Origin: Bacillota bacterium
GTDB taxonomy: Bacteria; Bacillota; Desulfotomaculia; Desulfotomaculales; Pelotomaculaceae
Assembly: GCA_029555205.1 (NCBI GenBank)
Contig: JAKPTB010000149.1
Span: forward strand, 10,993-74,992
Length of the DNA stretch: 64,000 bases
Direction of reading: 5' to 3'
In this document: one piece after another, positions 49,450 to 59,799 of the stretch
Numbering within the stretch: the stretch's first letter is position 1
How the letters are laid out: each line of letters opens with the position of its first letter
Position numbers and translations under genes: made by a program
Notes under the pieces: generated by a model
Database searches by the model: none
Told to the model about the DNA's origin: nothing
What the model saw: the letters and a program-made list of their open reading frames with translations, nothing else

Positions 49450-51027
49450 ATGAATTTCAGTAAAGGCATTAATGCTACAGCGGCTACCCTGACAAAATTG
49501 CGCACCGGCAGCAGCAAGTGTGAATTCAGCGGCATGTGTGTCACCTGCCAGGACGGCTGTCCGGGACTATGCGAGGTGGGCAAATCTTCCATTCGCGCCA
49601 AGGAGGTTCTCTACCCCCAGCCCTTTGGGAAAATAACTGCGGCTTCCCAGAAGGACTACCCGGTGGATTACTCCCACTTCAACATCATGGGCACAGCCGT
49701 GGGCGCAATCGGCATCGACCCGGATCCGGACAAGGCAATTTTTCCCGCCGTCAGCCTGGAAGCCGGGATCGGGGCGGATAGCCGGATCAAGCTGGACCTG
49801 CCCATTATTATCGCGGGCATGGGTTCCACCAATGTAGCGGCCGACAACTGGGAGCACCTGGCTGCCGGGGCGGCCATCTGCGGAGTGGGTATTGTAATCG
49901 GTGAAAATGTCTGTGCCATGGACCCAAATTCCGAAATCAAGAACGGCAGGGTTATCCATTCGCCGAATCTGTCCAGGAGGGTTAAAGACTTTCAAAGGTG
50001 GTATAACGGCAAAGGGTTTATCGCCGTTCAGGCCAACGTAGAGGACACCAGCCTGGGGGTTCAGGAATACGCCCTGGAAAAATTGGGCATTGATGCGGTG
50101 GAAATCAAGTGGGGCCAGGGCGCCAAGGACATCGGCGGCGAAGTTAAGCTGAACAGCCTGGAGCGGGCCCTGCTGCTGAAGAGCCGGGGCTACATCGTCC
50201 TGCCCAATCCCGAGGACCCCAAGGTACAGGAGGCCTATAAAGCCGGCGCATTTAAAGAGTTTGAGAGACACTCCCGGGTGGGCATGGTCAGCCAGGAAGG
50301 TTTCAACGCCAGAGTTGAACAACTGCGCAAGGCCGGCGCCAAATATGTTATGCTTAAAACTGGCGCTTACCGGCCGGCGGACCTGGCCCGGGCAGTTAAA
50401 TTCGCCTCTGACGCCGGTATCGACCTGCTTACAGTGGACGGAGCAGGCGGAGGCACCGGTATGAGTCCGTGGCGGATGATGAACGAGTGGGGTGTGCCTA
50501 CTGTTTACATTCAGGCTCTGCTGGTCAAGTATCTCGACAAACTGGCGGCCCGGGGCGCCTATGTACCTCCGGTGGCCATAGCAGGTGGCTTTACCCTGGA
50601 AGACCATCTTTTTAAGGGGCTGGCCCTGGGCGCCCCGCACATCAAGGCCATTGGCATGGCCCGCTCCCCCCTTACCGCCGCCATGGTTGGGAAAACCGTT
50701 GGGGAAGCTGTTAAAAACGGCAAGGTACCGCCGGAATATCAAAAATACGGCCTGTCCATTGACCAGATCTTTATTGCTGCCTCAGAACTTAAGGGGAAAT
50801 TAGGCAGCGAATTTGACAGCCTTCCACTGGGTGCCATCGGTGTCTACAGCTACTTCGAGCGCCTGGCCCAGGGCCTCAGGCAGCTGATGTGCGGCGCCCG
50901 CAAATTTGCCCTCTGTCATATCAGCCGGGACGACCTGGCGGCATTGACCAGGGAAGCAGCTGAAATAACCGGTATCCGCTACATCATGGAGGTTGACGCG
51001 GAAGAAGTGGAAAATATTTTGAGCTAG
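49450..51027 (+). CDS. FMN-binding glutamate synthase family protein (archaeal GltB-domain-2-like) with N-terminal Cys cluster
   Basis: CVTCQDGCPGLCE, followed by a TIM-barrel region with VDGAGGGTG. 525 aa. Confidence 0.75.
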   Translation: MNFSKGINATAATLTKLRTGSSKCEFSGMCVTCQDGCPGLCEVGKSSIRAKEVLYPQPFGKITAASQKDYPVDYSHFNIMGTAVGAIGIDPDPDKAIFPAVSLEAGIGADSRIKLDLPIIIAGMGSTNVAADNWEHLAAGAAICGVGIVIGENVCAMDPNSEIKNGRVIHSPNLSRRVKDFQRWYNGKGFIAVQANVEDTSLGVQEYALEKLGIDAVEIKWGQGAKDIGGEVKLNSLERALLLKSRGYIVLPNPEDPKVQEAYKAGAFKEFERHSRVGMVSQEGFNARVEQLRKAGAKYVMLKTGAYRPADLARAVKFASDAGIDLLTVDGAGGGTGMSPWRMMNEWGVPTVYIQALLVKYLDKLAARGAYVPPVAIAGGFTLEDHLFKGLALGAPHIKAIGMARSPLTAAMVGKTVGEAVKNGKVPPEYQKYGLSIDQIFIAASELKGKLGSEFDSLPLGAIGVYSYFERLAQGLRQLMCGARKFALCHISRDDLAALTREAAEITGIRYIMEVDAEEVENILS

Positions 51028-51248
51028 TCACTGATAGGTATTGCCGGTAAAGGGTAAATCGTATATAATTTACTTATTAAGTTGATAGTTTGGTTTAGAT
51101 ACGATGATGTATCTATCAATGCTGGCGATGAAGCCCTCATCAGGTTTAAACCTGTTAGAGGGCATTAATTTTGAAAAAACATACCATTATTTCCAAAAAG
51201 GTGCATTTTTCGGGATAAATCAATGCATAAATACAGGAGGCATGCTTC

Positions 51249-51824
51249 ATGGGAGAATATCGGCTAGTATTAGTTGAAAGCGATGCCGCCTGGCGAAGGA
51301 ATATCAAGGCAATGATGGCCAAAATGGGTTACTGGGTGATTGGAGAAGCGGAAGATGGATTGACCGGCTTAAAACTTATCAGGGCCAGGCAGCCCGACCT
51401 GGCAATTATTGAGGCTTTTCTGCCAGGAATGGACGGACATGAGGTAGCCCGGATTGTCCATGAGGATAAACTGGCCCCGGTGGTACTCATCGCCTCTTCA
51501 ACCCAGCAAAATGTAATAGAAAAGGCAAAAGTTGCCAGGGTGTTCGCTTTCTTGCTGAAGCCCGAGCTGGAATACAACCTTGTTCCGGCGATAGAACTGG
51601 CTTTAACTAATTATAAGGAGATCGTCAGGCTTGAAAACCAGGTCAAGGAACTTAAAGATACCCTGGAAACCAGGAAGTTCATAGAAAGGGCCAAGGGTAT
51701 CCTGATGGAGACTTTGGGGATTAGTGAAGCAGAAGCATTTAAGCGGATCCAGAAGCAAAGCATGAATAAGCGGATTTCCATGCGGGCCGTAGCGGAGGCC
51801 ATAATCCTTGCTCACAATTTGTAG
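51249..51824 (+). CDS. receiver-ANTAR regulator (copy 2) with Glu at the phospho-acceptor position
   Basis: In LAIIEAFLPGMDG, Glu55 (51411..51413) aligns with CheY Asp57. ANTAR domain: TRKFIERAKGILMETLGISEAEAFKRIQKQSMNKRISMRAVAEAI. Confidence 0.85.
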   Translation: MGEYRLVLVESDAAWRRNIKAMMAKMGYWVIGEAEDGLTGLKLIRARQPDLAIIEAFLPGMDGHEVARIVHEDKLAPVVLIASSTQQNVIEKAKVARVFAFLLKPELEYNLVPAIELALTNYKEIVRLENQVKELKDTLETRKFIERAKGILMETLGISEAEAFKRIQKQSMNKRISMRAVAEAIILAHNL

Positions 51825-51852
51825 AGCCGGGTAAAGGCATGGATTTGGAACC

Positions 51853-51940
51853 GGGCACAATGACGTGCCTGAACGGGCAAAGGCGCCCTTAATTGCCGGG
51901 GTTTTTACAATTGTCCCCTGCTGTTAAGGGTTTTTATTTT
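51853..51940 (+). promoter_or_regulatory. ANTAR-type dual hexaloop hairpin plus terminator (glnA-2 leader)
   Basis: GGCAC-AAUGAC-GUGCC, then ugaac, then GGGC-AAAGGC-GCCC. The 3' arm of the second hairpin is the 5' end of the terminator CCCUUAA...UUAAGGG-UUUUUAUUUU. Confidence 0.75.
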
Positions 51941-52094
51941 ACTATCAAAGTTTAGAGGAGGGTTGAGATCAGGGACCAGAGCCGGGAAGCTGATATTTTG
52001 AACCGCGGGGGCCAGCTGCAACCTTGCCCTGGAATGGCTCCAACTTTTGTAAAGTCCCAATCTTGAAGAAAGTTAAGGAAAGGTGGCTCATGAA

Positions 52095-53420
52095 ATGAAT
52101 GAAAAGAAACAATTGATTGAGAAAGCAAGAAACCTGGGAGTCAAGTTTATCCGCCTGCAATTTACAGATATCCTCGGTGTGCTGAAGAACGTTGCCATTA
52201 CTATTGAACAACTGGAAAAGGCCCTGGACGGAGAACTTATGTATGACGGTTCATCCATTCACGGTTTTGCCAGGATCGAGGAATCGGACATGTACCTTCG
52301 TCCGGATCTGAACACCTTTGTTGTCTTTCCCTGGCGGCCCAGGGAAGGCGGTGTGGCCCGTTTAATTTGTGATTCTTATAATCCTGACGGATCGCCCTTT
52401 GAAGGGGACCCCCGGATTGCCCTCAAGAAGGTGCTGGCGGAAGCCGCAGATATGGGCTTTTCCATGATGGTGGGCCCCGAGTTGGAGTTCTTTCTGTTCC
52501 ATGTGGATCAAGACGGCAAGGCTACGGTGGAAACTCACGACCGTGCCGGATACTTTGACCTTGCTCCGGTGGACCTCGGCGAAAACGCCCGCCGGGCCAT
52601 GGTACTTACTCTGGAAGAGATGGGTTTTGAAATTGAGGCTTCCCATCACGAAGTAGCGCCGGGACAACACGAGATTGACTTTAAATACTCCGACGCCCTG
52701 GACGTCGCCGACAAAATCATGACCTTTAAGATGGTTGTGCGTACAACCGCCCAGCGCCACGGCCTGCATGCCACGTTCATGCCCAAGCCGATCTTCGGGA
52801 TTAACGGATCCGGCATGCACATGAACCAGTCCCTGTTTATAGATGGCAAGAATGCCTTTTACGATCCTTCAACGCCGGACCAGTTAAGTGAAATAGCCAA
52901 GTATTATATCGGGGGTCTGATGAAGCATGCCCGCTCCATGGCAGCCGTCACCAACCCGACAGTCAACTCCTACAAGCGCCTGGTGCCCGGTTATGAGGCT
53001 CCGGTCTACATCGCCTGGTCAGGCCGGAACAGAAGCCCGCTGATTCGTATCCCGGCCAAGCGCGGCAGTTCAACCCGGATCGAGCTAAGGAACCCGGATC
53101 CGGCCTGCAACCCCTACCTGGCCATCGCTGTAGCCCTGAAGGCCGGCCTGGACGGGATTAAGAACAAAATCCTGCCGCCGCCGCCCACGGACGTGAACAT
53201 TTACCACCTGAGCAGGGAGGAACGTGAAAAATCAAACATCTTGAGCTTGCCCGGGAACCTCTGTGAAGCCCTTGAGGAACTGGCCAAAGATGAAGTAATC
53301 AAGAGTGTCCTGCAGCCCCATATTTACGATAAGTTTGTAGAGGCAAAGATGCACGAATGGGACAGCTACCGTGTGCAGGTTCATCCCTGGGAAGTGGAAG
53401 AATACCTGACCAGGTTCTAG
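52095..53420 (+). CDS. glnA: type I glutamine synthetase (paralogue 2)
   Basis: [14 protein letters not shown]...[15 protein letters not shown]...[13 protein letters not shown]. The ATG lies 9 nt after GGTGG. Confidence 0.95.
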   Translation: MNEKKQLIEKARNLGVKFIRLQFTDILGVLKNVAITIEQLEKALDGELMYDGSSIHGFARIEESDMYLRPDLNTFVVFPWRPREGGVARLICDSYNPDGSPFEGDPRIALKKVLAEAADMGFSMMVGPELEFFLFHVDQDGKATVETHDRAGYFDLAPVDLGENARRAMVLTLEEMGFEIEASHHEVAPGQHEIDFKYSDALDVADKIMTFKMVVRTTAQRHGLHATFMPKPIFGINGSGMHMNQSLFIDGKNAFYDPSTPDQLSEIAKYYIGGLMKHARSMAAVTNPTVNSYKRLVPGYEAPVYIAWSGRNRSPLIRIPAKRGSSTRIELRNPDPACNPYLAIAVALKAGLDGIKNKILPPPPTDVNIYHLSREEREKSNILSLPGNLCEALEELAKDEVIKSVLQPHIYDKFVEAKMHEWDSYRVQVHPWEVEEYLTRF

Positions 53421-53688
53421 CATTCACTTACGATTGATGATTCTGCGACCTGTCCTTTGCCCATGATCAGGGCAGGGGACAGGTTTGCGGGCAAAATAAT
53501 TGTCCAAAGGACTATCGCCTTTTACATTTATTGTGTTATACTATGTCTTAATTACATCAGAAGATACAGCGTTGGATCAATGAACAAGGGGCGATGGGGC
53601 CTGTAGCGAGGGTTTTTATGCCCGTAGGTTGGCCCTTTTTTCATAAGTTAACCCCTCATCGACAGCGTTGGGGAAAGGATGAACAACA

Positions 53689-55020
53689 GTGGCTAAACTT
53701 ACTAACGACGATGTTCGTAGTCTGGCCAAGGACCTGGGTGTCAAATTCATACGTTTGCAGTTTACAGATATATTCGGTATTCTAAAAAACGTTTCTATAA
53801 CTGTAGAGCAATTGGATAAGGCCCTGAACGGGGAGCTCATGTTTGATGGTTCTTCCATTGAGGGTTTCGTGCGCATTGAAGAATCCGATATGTACCTTCG
53901 GCCGGACCCTTCAACCTTCAATATATTTCCCTGGAGACCCAGGGAGGGAGCGGTAGCCCGGCTGATTTGCAATATTTACAATTCGGACGGCACTCCATTC
54001 TGTGGTGATCCCCGCAATGTCCTGCTTAAAGCTGTTGAGGAAGCCGAGCAACTGGGCTACACCATGAATGTGGGGCCGGAAGCGGAATTCTTCCTTTTCC
54101 ATGTGGACAGGGAAGGAAGGCCTACCACCATCACCCATGATAATGCAGGGTATTTTGACCTGGCTCCGGTAGACCTGGGTGAAGACGCCCGTCGCGATAT
54201 GGTCCTGGCCCTGGAACAAATGGGTTTTGAAATTGAGGCCTCTCACCACGAATTGGCCCCGGGCCAGCACGAGATTGACTTCAAATATTCGGATGCTATG
54301 GATATAGCCGACAAGATTGTTACCTTCAAGCTTGTGGTGCGTTCCATAGCCCAGCGGCACGGACTGCACGCCACTTTTATGCCGAAGCCAATTTTTGGGA
54401 TTGCCGGTTCCGGGATGCACTTAAACCAGTCCCTGATGAAAAACGGGGAAAACGCCTTTTTCGACCCGCAGGCGCCGGATGGACTGAGCCGGGAATGCCT
54501 GTATTACGTCGGGGGCCTGATGAGTCACGCCAAAGCTATCACGGCGTTGGTCAACCCGACCGTAAACTCCTATAAGCGCCTGGTTTCAGGCTATGAGGCG
54601 CCGGTTCATATCGCCTGGTCGGCACAGAACAGAAGCCCGTTAATCAGGATTCCGGCCAAGAAAGGTCCTTCCACCCGGATCGAATTAAGAAGCCCTGATC
54701 CCTCCTGTAACCCGTATCTGGCCCTGGCGGTTTGTCTCAAAGCCGGCCTGGACGGAATCAGGAATAGAATCCTGCCGCCCAAGCCCTGCAACCGGAACAT
54801 CTACGAGATGACTCCGTTAGAGCGGGAGCAGATGGGCATTGGCGTTTTGCCAGGCAGCCTTAGTGAGGCCCTGGCGGAGCTTTTACAAGATAAGGTTATC
54901 CAGGAGGCCCTTGGTGAGCATGTCCTGCAGCGGTTTGTGGAAGCAAAGCAAATCGAATGGGACCGCTACCGCACAATGGTCCATCCCTGGGAAATTGAGG
55001 AGTACCTGACCAAGTTTTAG
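53689..55020 (+). CDS. glnA: type I glutamine synthetase (paralogue 3)
   Basis: [14 protein letters not shown]...[15 protein letters not shown]...[16 protein letters not shown] start after GGAAAGGA. Confidence 0.95.
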   Translation: MAKLTNDDVRSLAKDLGVKFIRLQFTDIFGILKNVSITVEQLDKALNGELMFDGSSIEGFVRIEESDMYLRPDPSTFNIFPWRPREGAVARLICNIYNSDGTPFCGDPRNVLLKAVEEAEQLGYTMNVGPEAEFFLFHVDREGRPTTITHDNAGYFDLAPVDLGEDARRDMVLALEQMGFEIEASHHELAPGQHEIDFKYSDAMDIADKIVTFKLVVRSIAQRHGLHATFMPKPIFGIAGSGMHLNQSLMKNGENAFFDPQAPDGLSRECLYYVGGLMSHAKAITALVNPTVNSYKRLVSGYEAPVHIAWSAQNRSPLIRIPAKKGPSTRIELRSPDPSCNPYLALAVCLKAGLDGIRNRILPPKPCNRNIYEMTPLEREQMGIGVLPGSLSEALAELLQDKVIQEALGEHVLQRFVEAKQIEWDRYRTMVHPWEIEEYLTKF

Positions 55021-55069
55021 TCTGTTAATTTTAGAAGTGATTTTGATCAAGATCTTATAAATAAATAGC

Positions 55070-55158
55070 GGATACAATGTTGTATCCACGGTTTTGGCAA
55101 TGAGGCCTGAACCACAGCTGCTGTATTCCAGCGCGCCTGTGGCGGGCCTTTTTCTTTT
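55070..55158 (+). promoter_or_regulatory. ANTAR-type dual hexaloop hairpin plus terminator (gltBD leader)
   Basis: GGAUAC-AAUGUU-GUAUCC, then GGUU-uu-GGC-AAUGAG-GCC-ug-AACC. The second 3' arm overlaps the terminator GGCCUG-aa-CCACAG...CUGUGG-CGGGCC-UUUUUCUUUU. Confidence 0.8.
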
Positions 55159-55189
55159 CTAGATTATGGAATTAGGAAGGGTACTTAAC

Positions 55190-58100
55190 ATGAATAATTA
55201 CGGAATGCCACCCAAACAGGGTCTTTATGACCCGCAATTTGAGCATGATGCCTGCGGCATCGGTTTTGTAGCCAACATCAAAGGCAAGAAGTCAAATGAT
55301 ATTGTCCGGAAGGCCCTGACCGTACTGGAAAATCTCGACCACCGCGGGGCCAGGGGTTCCGAGCCGGAAACAGGTGACGGCGCCGGTATTCTGATGCAGA
55401 TTCCCCATGCCTTCTTCGAAAAGGAATGCGCCAAACTAGGTTTCCGGCTACCGGCCGGGGGGAAATACGGGATCGGCATGCTGTTTCTGTCCCACCAGCG
55501 GGACAGGCGTGAAAAGTGCGAACAATTACTCGAAAAAATCATCCGGGAAGAGGGTCAGGACCTCCTGGGCTGGCGGACGGTACCGGTAAACGACGCTTCC
55601 CTGGGTGAAACGGCAAAGCTGGCCCAGCCCTATATTCGTCAGGTTTTCGTCGCCGGGAGCCCCGGATTTGATCATAAGCTGGCCTTTGAGCGCAAGCTGT
55701 ATCTGATCCGGAAGCGGGCTGAAAACGAAATTGGCGTTAAGTGCCTGCAAGAAGGCGGCAGGTTTTACTTTCCCAGCTTCTCCTGCAGAACCATAGTTTA
55801 TAAGGGCATGCTTGTGCCGGAACAGCTGGCGGAGTATTACCCTGATTTAAATGATCCCGCCCTGGAAGTGGCGCTGGCTCTGGTTCATTCAAGATTCAGC
55901 ACCAATACCTTTCCCAGCTGGGAGCGCGCCCATCCTTACCGCTATCTGATTCATAACGGGGAAATCAATACCCTGCGCGGGAATATCAACTGGATGCATA
56001 CCCGCCAGTCCACCTGTGAAACGGAATTATTCGGCGAGGATATAACAAGGGTTTTTCCCGTAATTGATCCGAACGGCAGCGACTCGGCCATGTTTGACAA
56101 CTGCCTGGAGTTTCTCGGGCTTACCGGGCGCTCCCTGCCCCATGCGGCCATGATGATGATACCCGAGCCGTGGTCCAACCATGAAAGCATGAGTGATGAA
56201 AAGAAGGCCTTTTATGAATACCATAGCTGTATTATGGAGCCCTGGGACGGCCCTGCCTCCATAGTTTTTACCGACGGCACGCTGATTGGCGCGGTGCTCG
56301 ACCGGAACGGCCTGAGGCCTTCCCGCTATTATGTTACCAAAGACGATCTGATTGTTCTAGCCTCGGAGGTGGGTGTACTGGATTTTCCTCCTGAGGACAT
56401 CGTGCTGAAGGAGCGGCTCCGGCCCGGGCGCATGCTGCTGGTGGATACAGAAGAGGGCAGGATCGTCAGTGACGAAGAGTTGAAGCAGCGGATGGCCGCG
56501 GAGTATCCCTACCGCCAGTGGCTGAACCAATACCTGGTGGACCTGGAGGAACTGCCGCCGGCCGGGCTGATCCCGGAGGCTGAAGGCGAGTCGTTGCTTG
56601 TGCGGCAGCAAACCTTCGGCTATACCCACGAAGATCTTTTCAAGATCCTGGAGCCAATGGCCAAAGACGCGGTTGAGGCGGTGGGTTCCATGGGCAATGA
56701 TGCAGCCCTGGCGGTGCTCTCGGCTAAACCCCAGTTATTGTATAACTATTTTAAACAGCTTTTTGCCCAGGTGACAAACCCGCCCATAGACTCTATCCGG
56801 GAGGAAATAATTTTTGCCGTTGAGACGACCATAGGATCCGAGAAAAACCTCCTTAAGCCACAACCCGATAGCTGCCGGCGGATCAGGCTGAAGGCGCCTG
56901 TTCTGACCAACGGGCAACTGGCCAGGATCAGAAATGTGAAGCTGGAAGGCTTTAAAGCCGTTACCCTGCCCATCCTCTTCAAGGCGGCGGCAGGAACCCG
57001 GGGCTTGGAGGCAGCCCTGGAGTCCCTTTTTCGCGAGGCCGACCGGCAGATTGACGGCGGTGCCAACCTGTTAATTTTATCCGACCGGGGTGTGGATGCA
57101 GACAATGCTCCAATTCCAGCCCTGCTGGCCGTGTCGGGACTGCACCACCACTTGATCCGGCGGGGGACCCGGAACAGGGTCAGTCTCTTGCTGGAATCGG
57201 GAGAGCCCCGGGAAACCCACCACTTTGCGGTATTGCTGGGTTACGGCGCCAGCGCCGTCAACCCCTATCTGGCCTTTGAAACGCTGGAAGACATGATCCG
57301 GCGGGGGATAATTACGGGCGTAACATCCAGGGAGGCACTGAAGAATTATGTCAAGGCCGCCATCAAGGGGGTGGTCAAGGTTGCTTCCAAAATGGGCATC
57401 TCAACGATTCAGAGCTATTGCGGGGCCCAGATTTTTGAAGCAGTGGGAATCCACCGTACCGTCATAGACAGGTATTTTACCTGGACTGCCTCCCGTGTCG
57501 GCGGCATCGGGCTTGCTGAAATTGCCCGGGAGGCCCTGCTCCGCCACCGGCGGGCCTTCCAGGGAGGTTGCGACAGCATCCTTGATTCCGGCTCTAATTA
57601 CCAGTGGCGGCATGACGGCGAGGAGCACATGTTTAACCCCCGGACCATAACGCTGCTGCAGCAAGCCTGCCGCGAGAACGATTATCAACTTTTTAAACAG
57701 TATTCCGCAGAGATAGACAGCCAGAAAAACGCCCTGCGCAGGTACCTGGAATTTAAAAAGGGACTGCCGTCCATCCCCCTTGACGAGGTCGAGCCGGTGG
57801 AATCCATCTGCCGGCGCTTTAAAACCGGCGCCATGTCCTTTGGTTCCATCAGCAAAGAGGCCCATGAAGCGCTGGCCATTGCCATGAACCGGATTGGCGG
57901 TAAGAGCAACACAGGTGAAGGCGGCGAAGACCCGGCGCGCTACAAGCCGCTTCCCGGCGGGGATTCCCTGCGCAGCGCCATTAAGCAGGTGGCTTCGGGC
58001 AGATTTGGCGTGACCAGCGAATATCTGGCCAGCGCAGATGAAATTCAAATAAAGATGGCCCAGGGGGCAAAGCCCGGTGAGGGCGGCCAGCTGCCGGGCC

Positions 58101-59773
58101 GCAAGGTCTACCCCTGGATTGCCAGAGTCCGGGGTACGACGGCGGGTGTGGGCTTGATTTCACCACCGCCCCACCATGACATTTATTCTATCGAGGACCT
58201 GGCCCAACTTATCCATGACTTAAAGAACTCCAATCCCGGTGCCCGGATTAACGTCAAGCTTGTTTCGGAAGTGGGCGTGGGCACCATTGCCGCCGGTGTA
58301 GCCAAGGGCCGGGCTGATGTTATTTTGATCAGCGGTTATGACGGGGGCACCGGAGCATCGCCCCGGACCAGCATCAATCATGCCGGACTCCCTTGGGAAC
58401 TGGGTGTGGCTGAAACCCACCAAACCCTGGTGCTGAGTAATCTGCGCGACCGGATCGTGATTGAGACGGACGGCAAGCTGATGACGGGCCGGGACGTGGT
58501 CATTGCCACACTGCTCGGCGCAGAAGAATACGGGTTTGCCACTGCCCCCCTGGTTGTTTTGGGGTGCGTCATGATGCGGGTCTGCAACCTGGACACTTGC
58601 CCCTGCGGTATTGCGACCCAGAATCCCGGACTTCGCAAGAATTTTAAAGGGGATCCGCAACACGTGGTTAATTTCATGCAGTTTATTGCCCGGGAAATGC
58701 GCGAGATCATGGCAGAGCTTGGTTTCCGGACGGTCAACGAAATGGTCGGGCGGAGCGATGTGCTGCAGCAGATGCGGGGCATAGAGCACTGGAAGGCAAA
58801 GGGACTGGAACTCTCGGGTCTGCTCCGGCAGCCGGATGTACCGTCCGGCAGGGGGAGGTACTGCAGCGTTAAGCAACAGCATAATTTAGAAGAATCTCTG
58901 GACCGGCAGGTACTGCTGAAAATCTGCAGGCCCGCCCTGGAGCGCCGGGAGCCGGTGAAAGCCAGGCTACCGGTTAAAAACACCAACCGTGTGGTGGGCA
59001 CCCTTCTTGGCTACGAGGTTACCAGGCGTTTCGGCGGGGAGGGGCTGCCCGAGGACACAATCCGCTTGTACTTTGACGGTTCGGCAGGACAGAGCTTCGG
59101 CGCTTTTGTTCCCAGAGGGATCACTCTAAACCTGGCAGGGGACGCCAATGACTACTTCGGCAAAGGCCTTTCAGGCGGCAAGCTGATTGTTACACCGCCT
59201 GCCGGAGCGACTTTTGCGGCGGAGGAAAACATCATTGCCGGCAACGTATCTCTGTACGGGGCAACTTCCGGGGAGGCCTACATCTGTGGCGTGGCCGGCG
59301 AGCGCTTCTGTGTCCGGAACAGCGGCGCAAAGGCGGTGGTGGAGGGTGTCGGTGACCACGGCTGTGAATACATGACCGGCGGGCGCGTGGTCATCCTCGG
59401 GGTCACCGGCAGAAACTTTGCAGCCGGCATGTCGGGCGGGATCGCCTACGTGCTGGATCAGGACGGGACGTTCCCGGCGCGCTGCAACCACCAGATGATT
59501 ACCCTGGAAGCCCTGGAAGAAGCCGGGGAAATTGAGGACCTCCGGCTAATGATCCGGAAGCACTGGGAGTATACCGGGAGCCGGCGGGCCGGGGCGATTC
59601 TGGACACCTGGGAGGACAGCGTGCACATGTTTGTAAAGGTTATTCCCAGAGACTACAAGCGCATGATCGAAGCTATTAAACGGGCCCGGCAGCTGGGCCT
59701 CAGTAAAGACGAGGCGGTTATGACTGCGTTTGAAGAGAATATTAAAGATGTATCCCGGGTCAGCGGCAACTAG
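55190..59773 (+). CDS. gltB: glutamate synthase large subunit
   Basis: N-terminal amidotransferase with Cys1 context ([13 protein letters not shown]), FMN and 3Fe-4S central domains, and a C-terminal GXGXG domain. About 1527 aa. Confidence 0.95.
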   Translation: MNNYGMPPKQGLYDPQFEHDACGIGFVANIKGKKSNDIVRKALTVLENLDHRGARGSEPETGDGAGILMQIPHAFFEKECAKLGFRLPAGGKYGIGMLFLSHQRDRREKCEQLLEKIIREEGQDLLGWRTVPVNDASLGETAKLAQPYIRQVFVAGSPGFDHKLAFERKLYLIRKRAENEIGVKCLQEGGRFYFPSFSCRTIVYKGMLVPEQLAEYYPDLNDPALEVALALVHSRFSTNTFPSWERAHPYRYLIHNGEINTLRGNINWMHTRQSTCETELFGEDITRVFPVIDPNGSDSAMFDNCLEFLGLTGRSLPHAAMMMIPEPWSNHESMSDEKKAFYEYHSCIMEPWDGPASIVFTDGTLIGAVLDRNGLRPSRYYVTKDDLIVLASEVGVLDFPPEDIVLKERLRPGRMLLVDTEEGRIVSDEELKQRMAAEYPYRQWLNQYLVDLEELPPAGLIPEAEGESLLVRQQTFGYTHEDLFKILEPMAKDAVEAVGSMGNDAALAVLSAKPQLLYNYFKQLFAQVTNPPIDSIREEIIFAVETTIGSEKNLLKPQPDSCRRIRLKAPVLTNGQLARIRNVKLEGFKAVTLPILFKAAAGTRGLEAALESLFREADRQIDGGANLLILSDRGVDADNAPIPALLAVSGLHHHLIRRGTRNRVSLLLESGEPRETHHFAVLLGYGASAVNPYLAFETLEDMIRRGIITGVTSREALKNYVKAAIKGVVKVASKMGISTIQSYCGAQIFEAVGIHRTVIDRYFTWTASRVGGIGLAEIAREALLRHRRAFQGGCDSILDSGSNYQWRHDGEEHMFNPRTITLLQQACRENDYQLFKQYSAEIDSQKNALRRYLEFKKGLPSIPLDEVEPVESICRRFKTGAMSFGSISKEAHEALAIAMNRIGGKSNTGEGGEDPARYKPLPGGDSLRSAIKQVASGRFGVTSEYLASADEIQIKMAQGAKPGEGGQLPGRKVYPWIARVRGTTAGVGLISPPPHHDIYSIEDLAQLIHDLKNSNPGARINVKLVSEVGVGTIAAGVAKGRADVILISGYDGGTGASPRTSINHAGLPWELGVAETHQTLVLSNLRDRIVIETDGKLMTGRDVVIATLLGAEEYGFATAPLVVLGCVMMRVCNLDTCPCGIATQNPGLRKNFKGDPQHVVNFMQFIAREMREIMAELGFRTVNEMVGRSDVLQQMRGIEHWKAKGLELSGLLRQPDVPSGRGRYCSVKQQHNLEESLDRQVLLKICRPALERREPVKARLPVKNTNRVVGTLLGYEVTRRFGGEGLPEDTIRLYFDGSAGQSFGAFVPRGITLNLAGDANDYFGKGLSGGKLIVTPPAGATFAAEENIIAGNVSLYGATSGEAYICGVAGERFCVRNSGAKAVVEGVGDHGCEYMTGGRVVILGVTGRNFAAGMSGGIAYVLDQDGTFPARCNHQMITLEALEEAGEIEDLRLMIRKHWEYTGSRRAGAILDTWEDSVHMFVKVIPRDYKRMIEAIKRARQLGLSKDEAVMTAFEENIKDVSRVSGN

Positions 59774-59799
59774 CCGGCAATGTTGAGGGGGGAAAGATC

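Noticed and set aside
49567-50742. 391-aa minus-strand ORF
   Set aside because: It is the antisense shadow of the FMN-glutamate-synthase-family gene. The sequence is low-complexity and Gly/Arg/Pro-rich with no motifs.
53421-53688. ANTAR dual hairpin or GlnR/TnrA box (TGTNA-N7-TNACA) in the glnA-3 leader
   Set aside because: No pair of A1/G4 hexaloop hairpins could be drawn, and no 17-nt TnrA-type site is present. Only a terminator for glnA-2 and a TGtTATACT promoter are evident.
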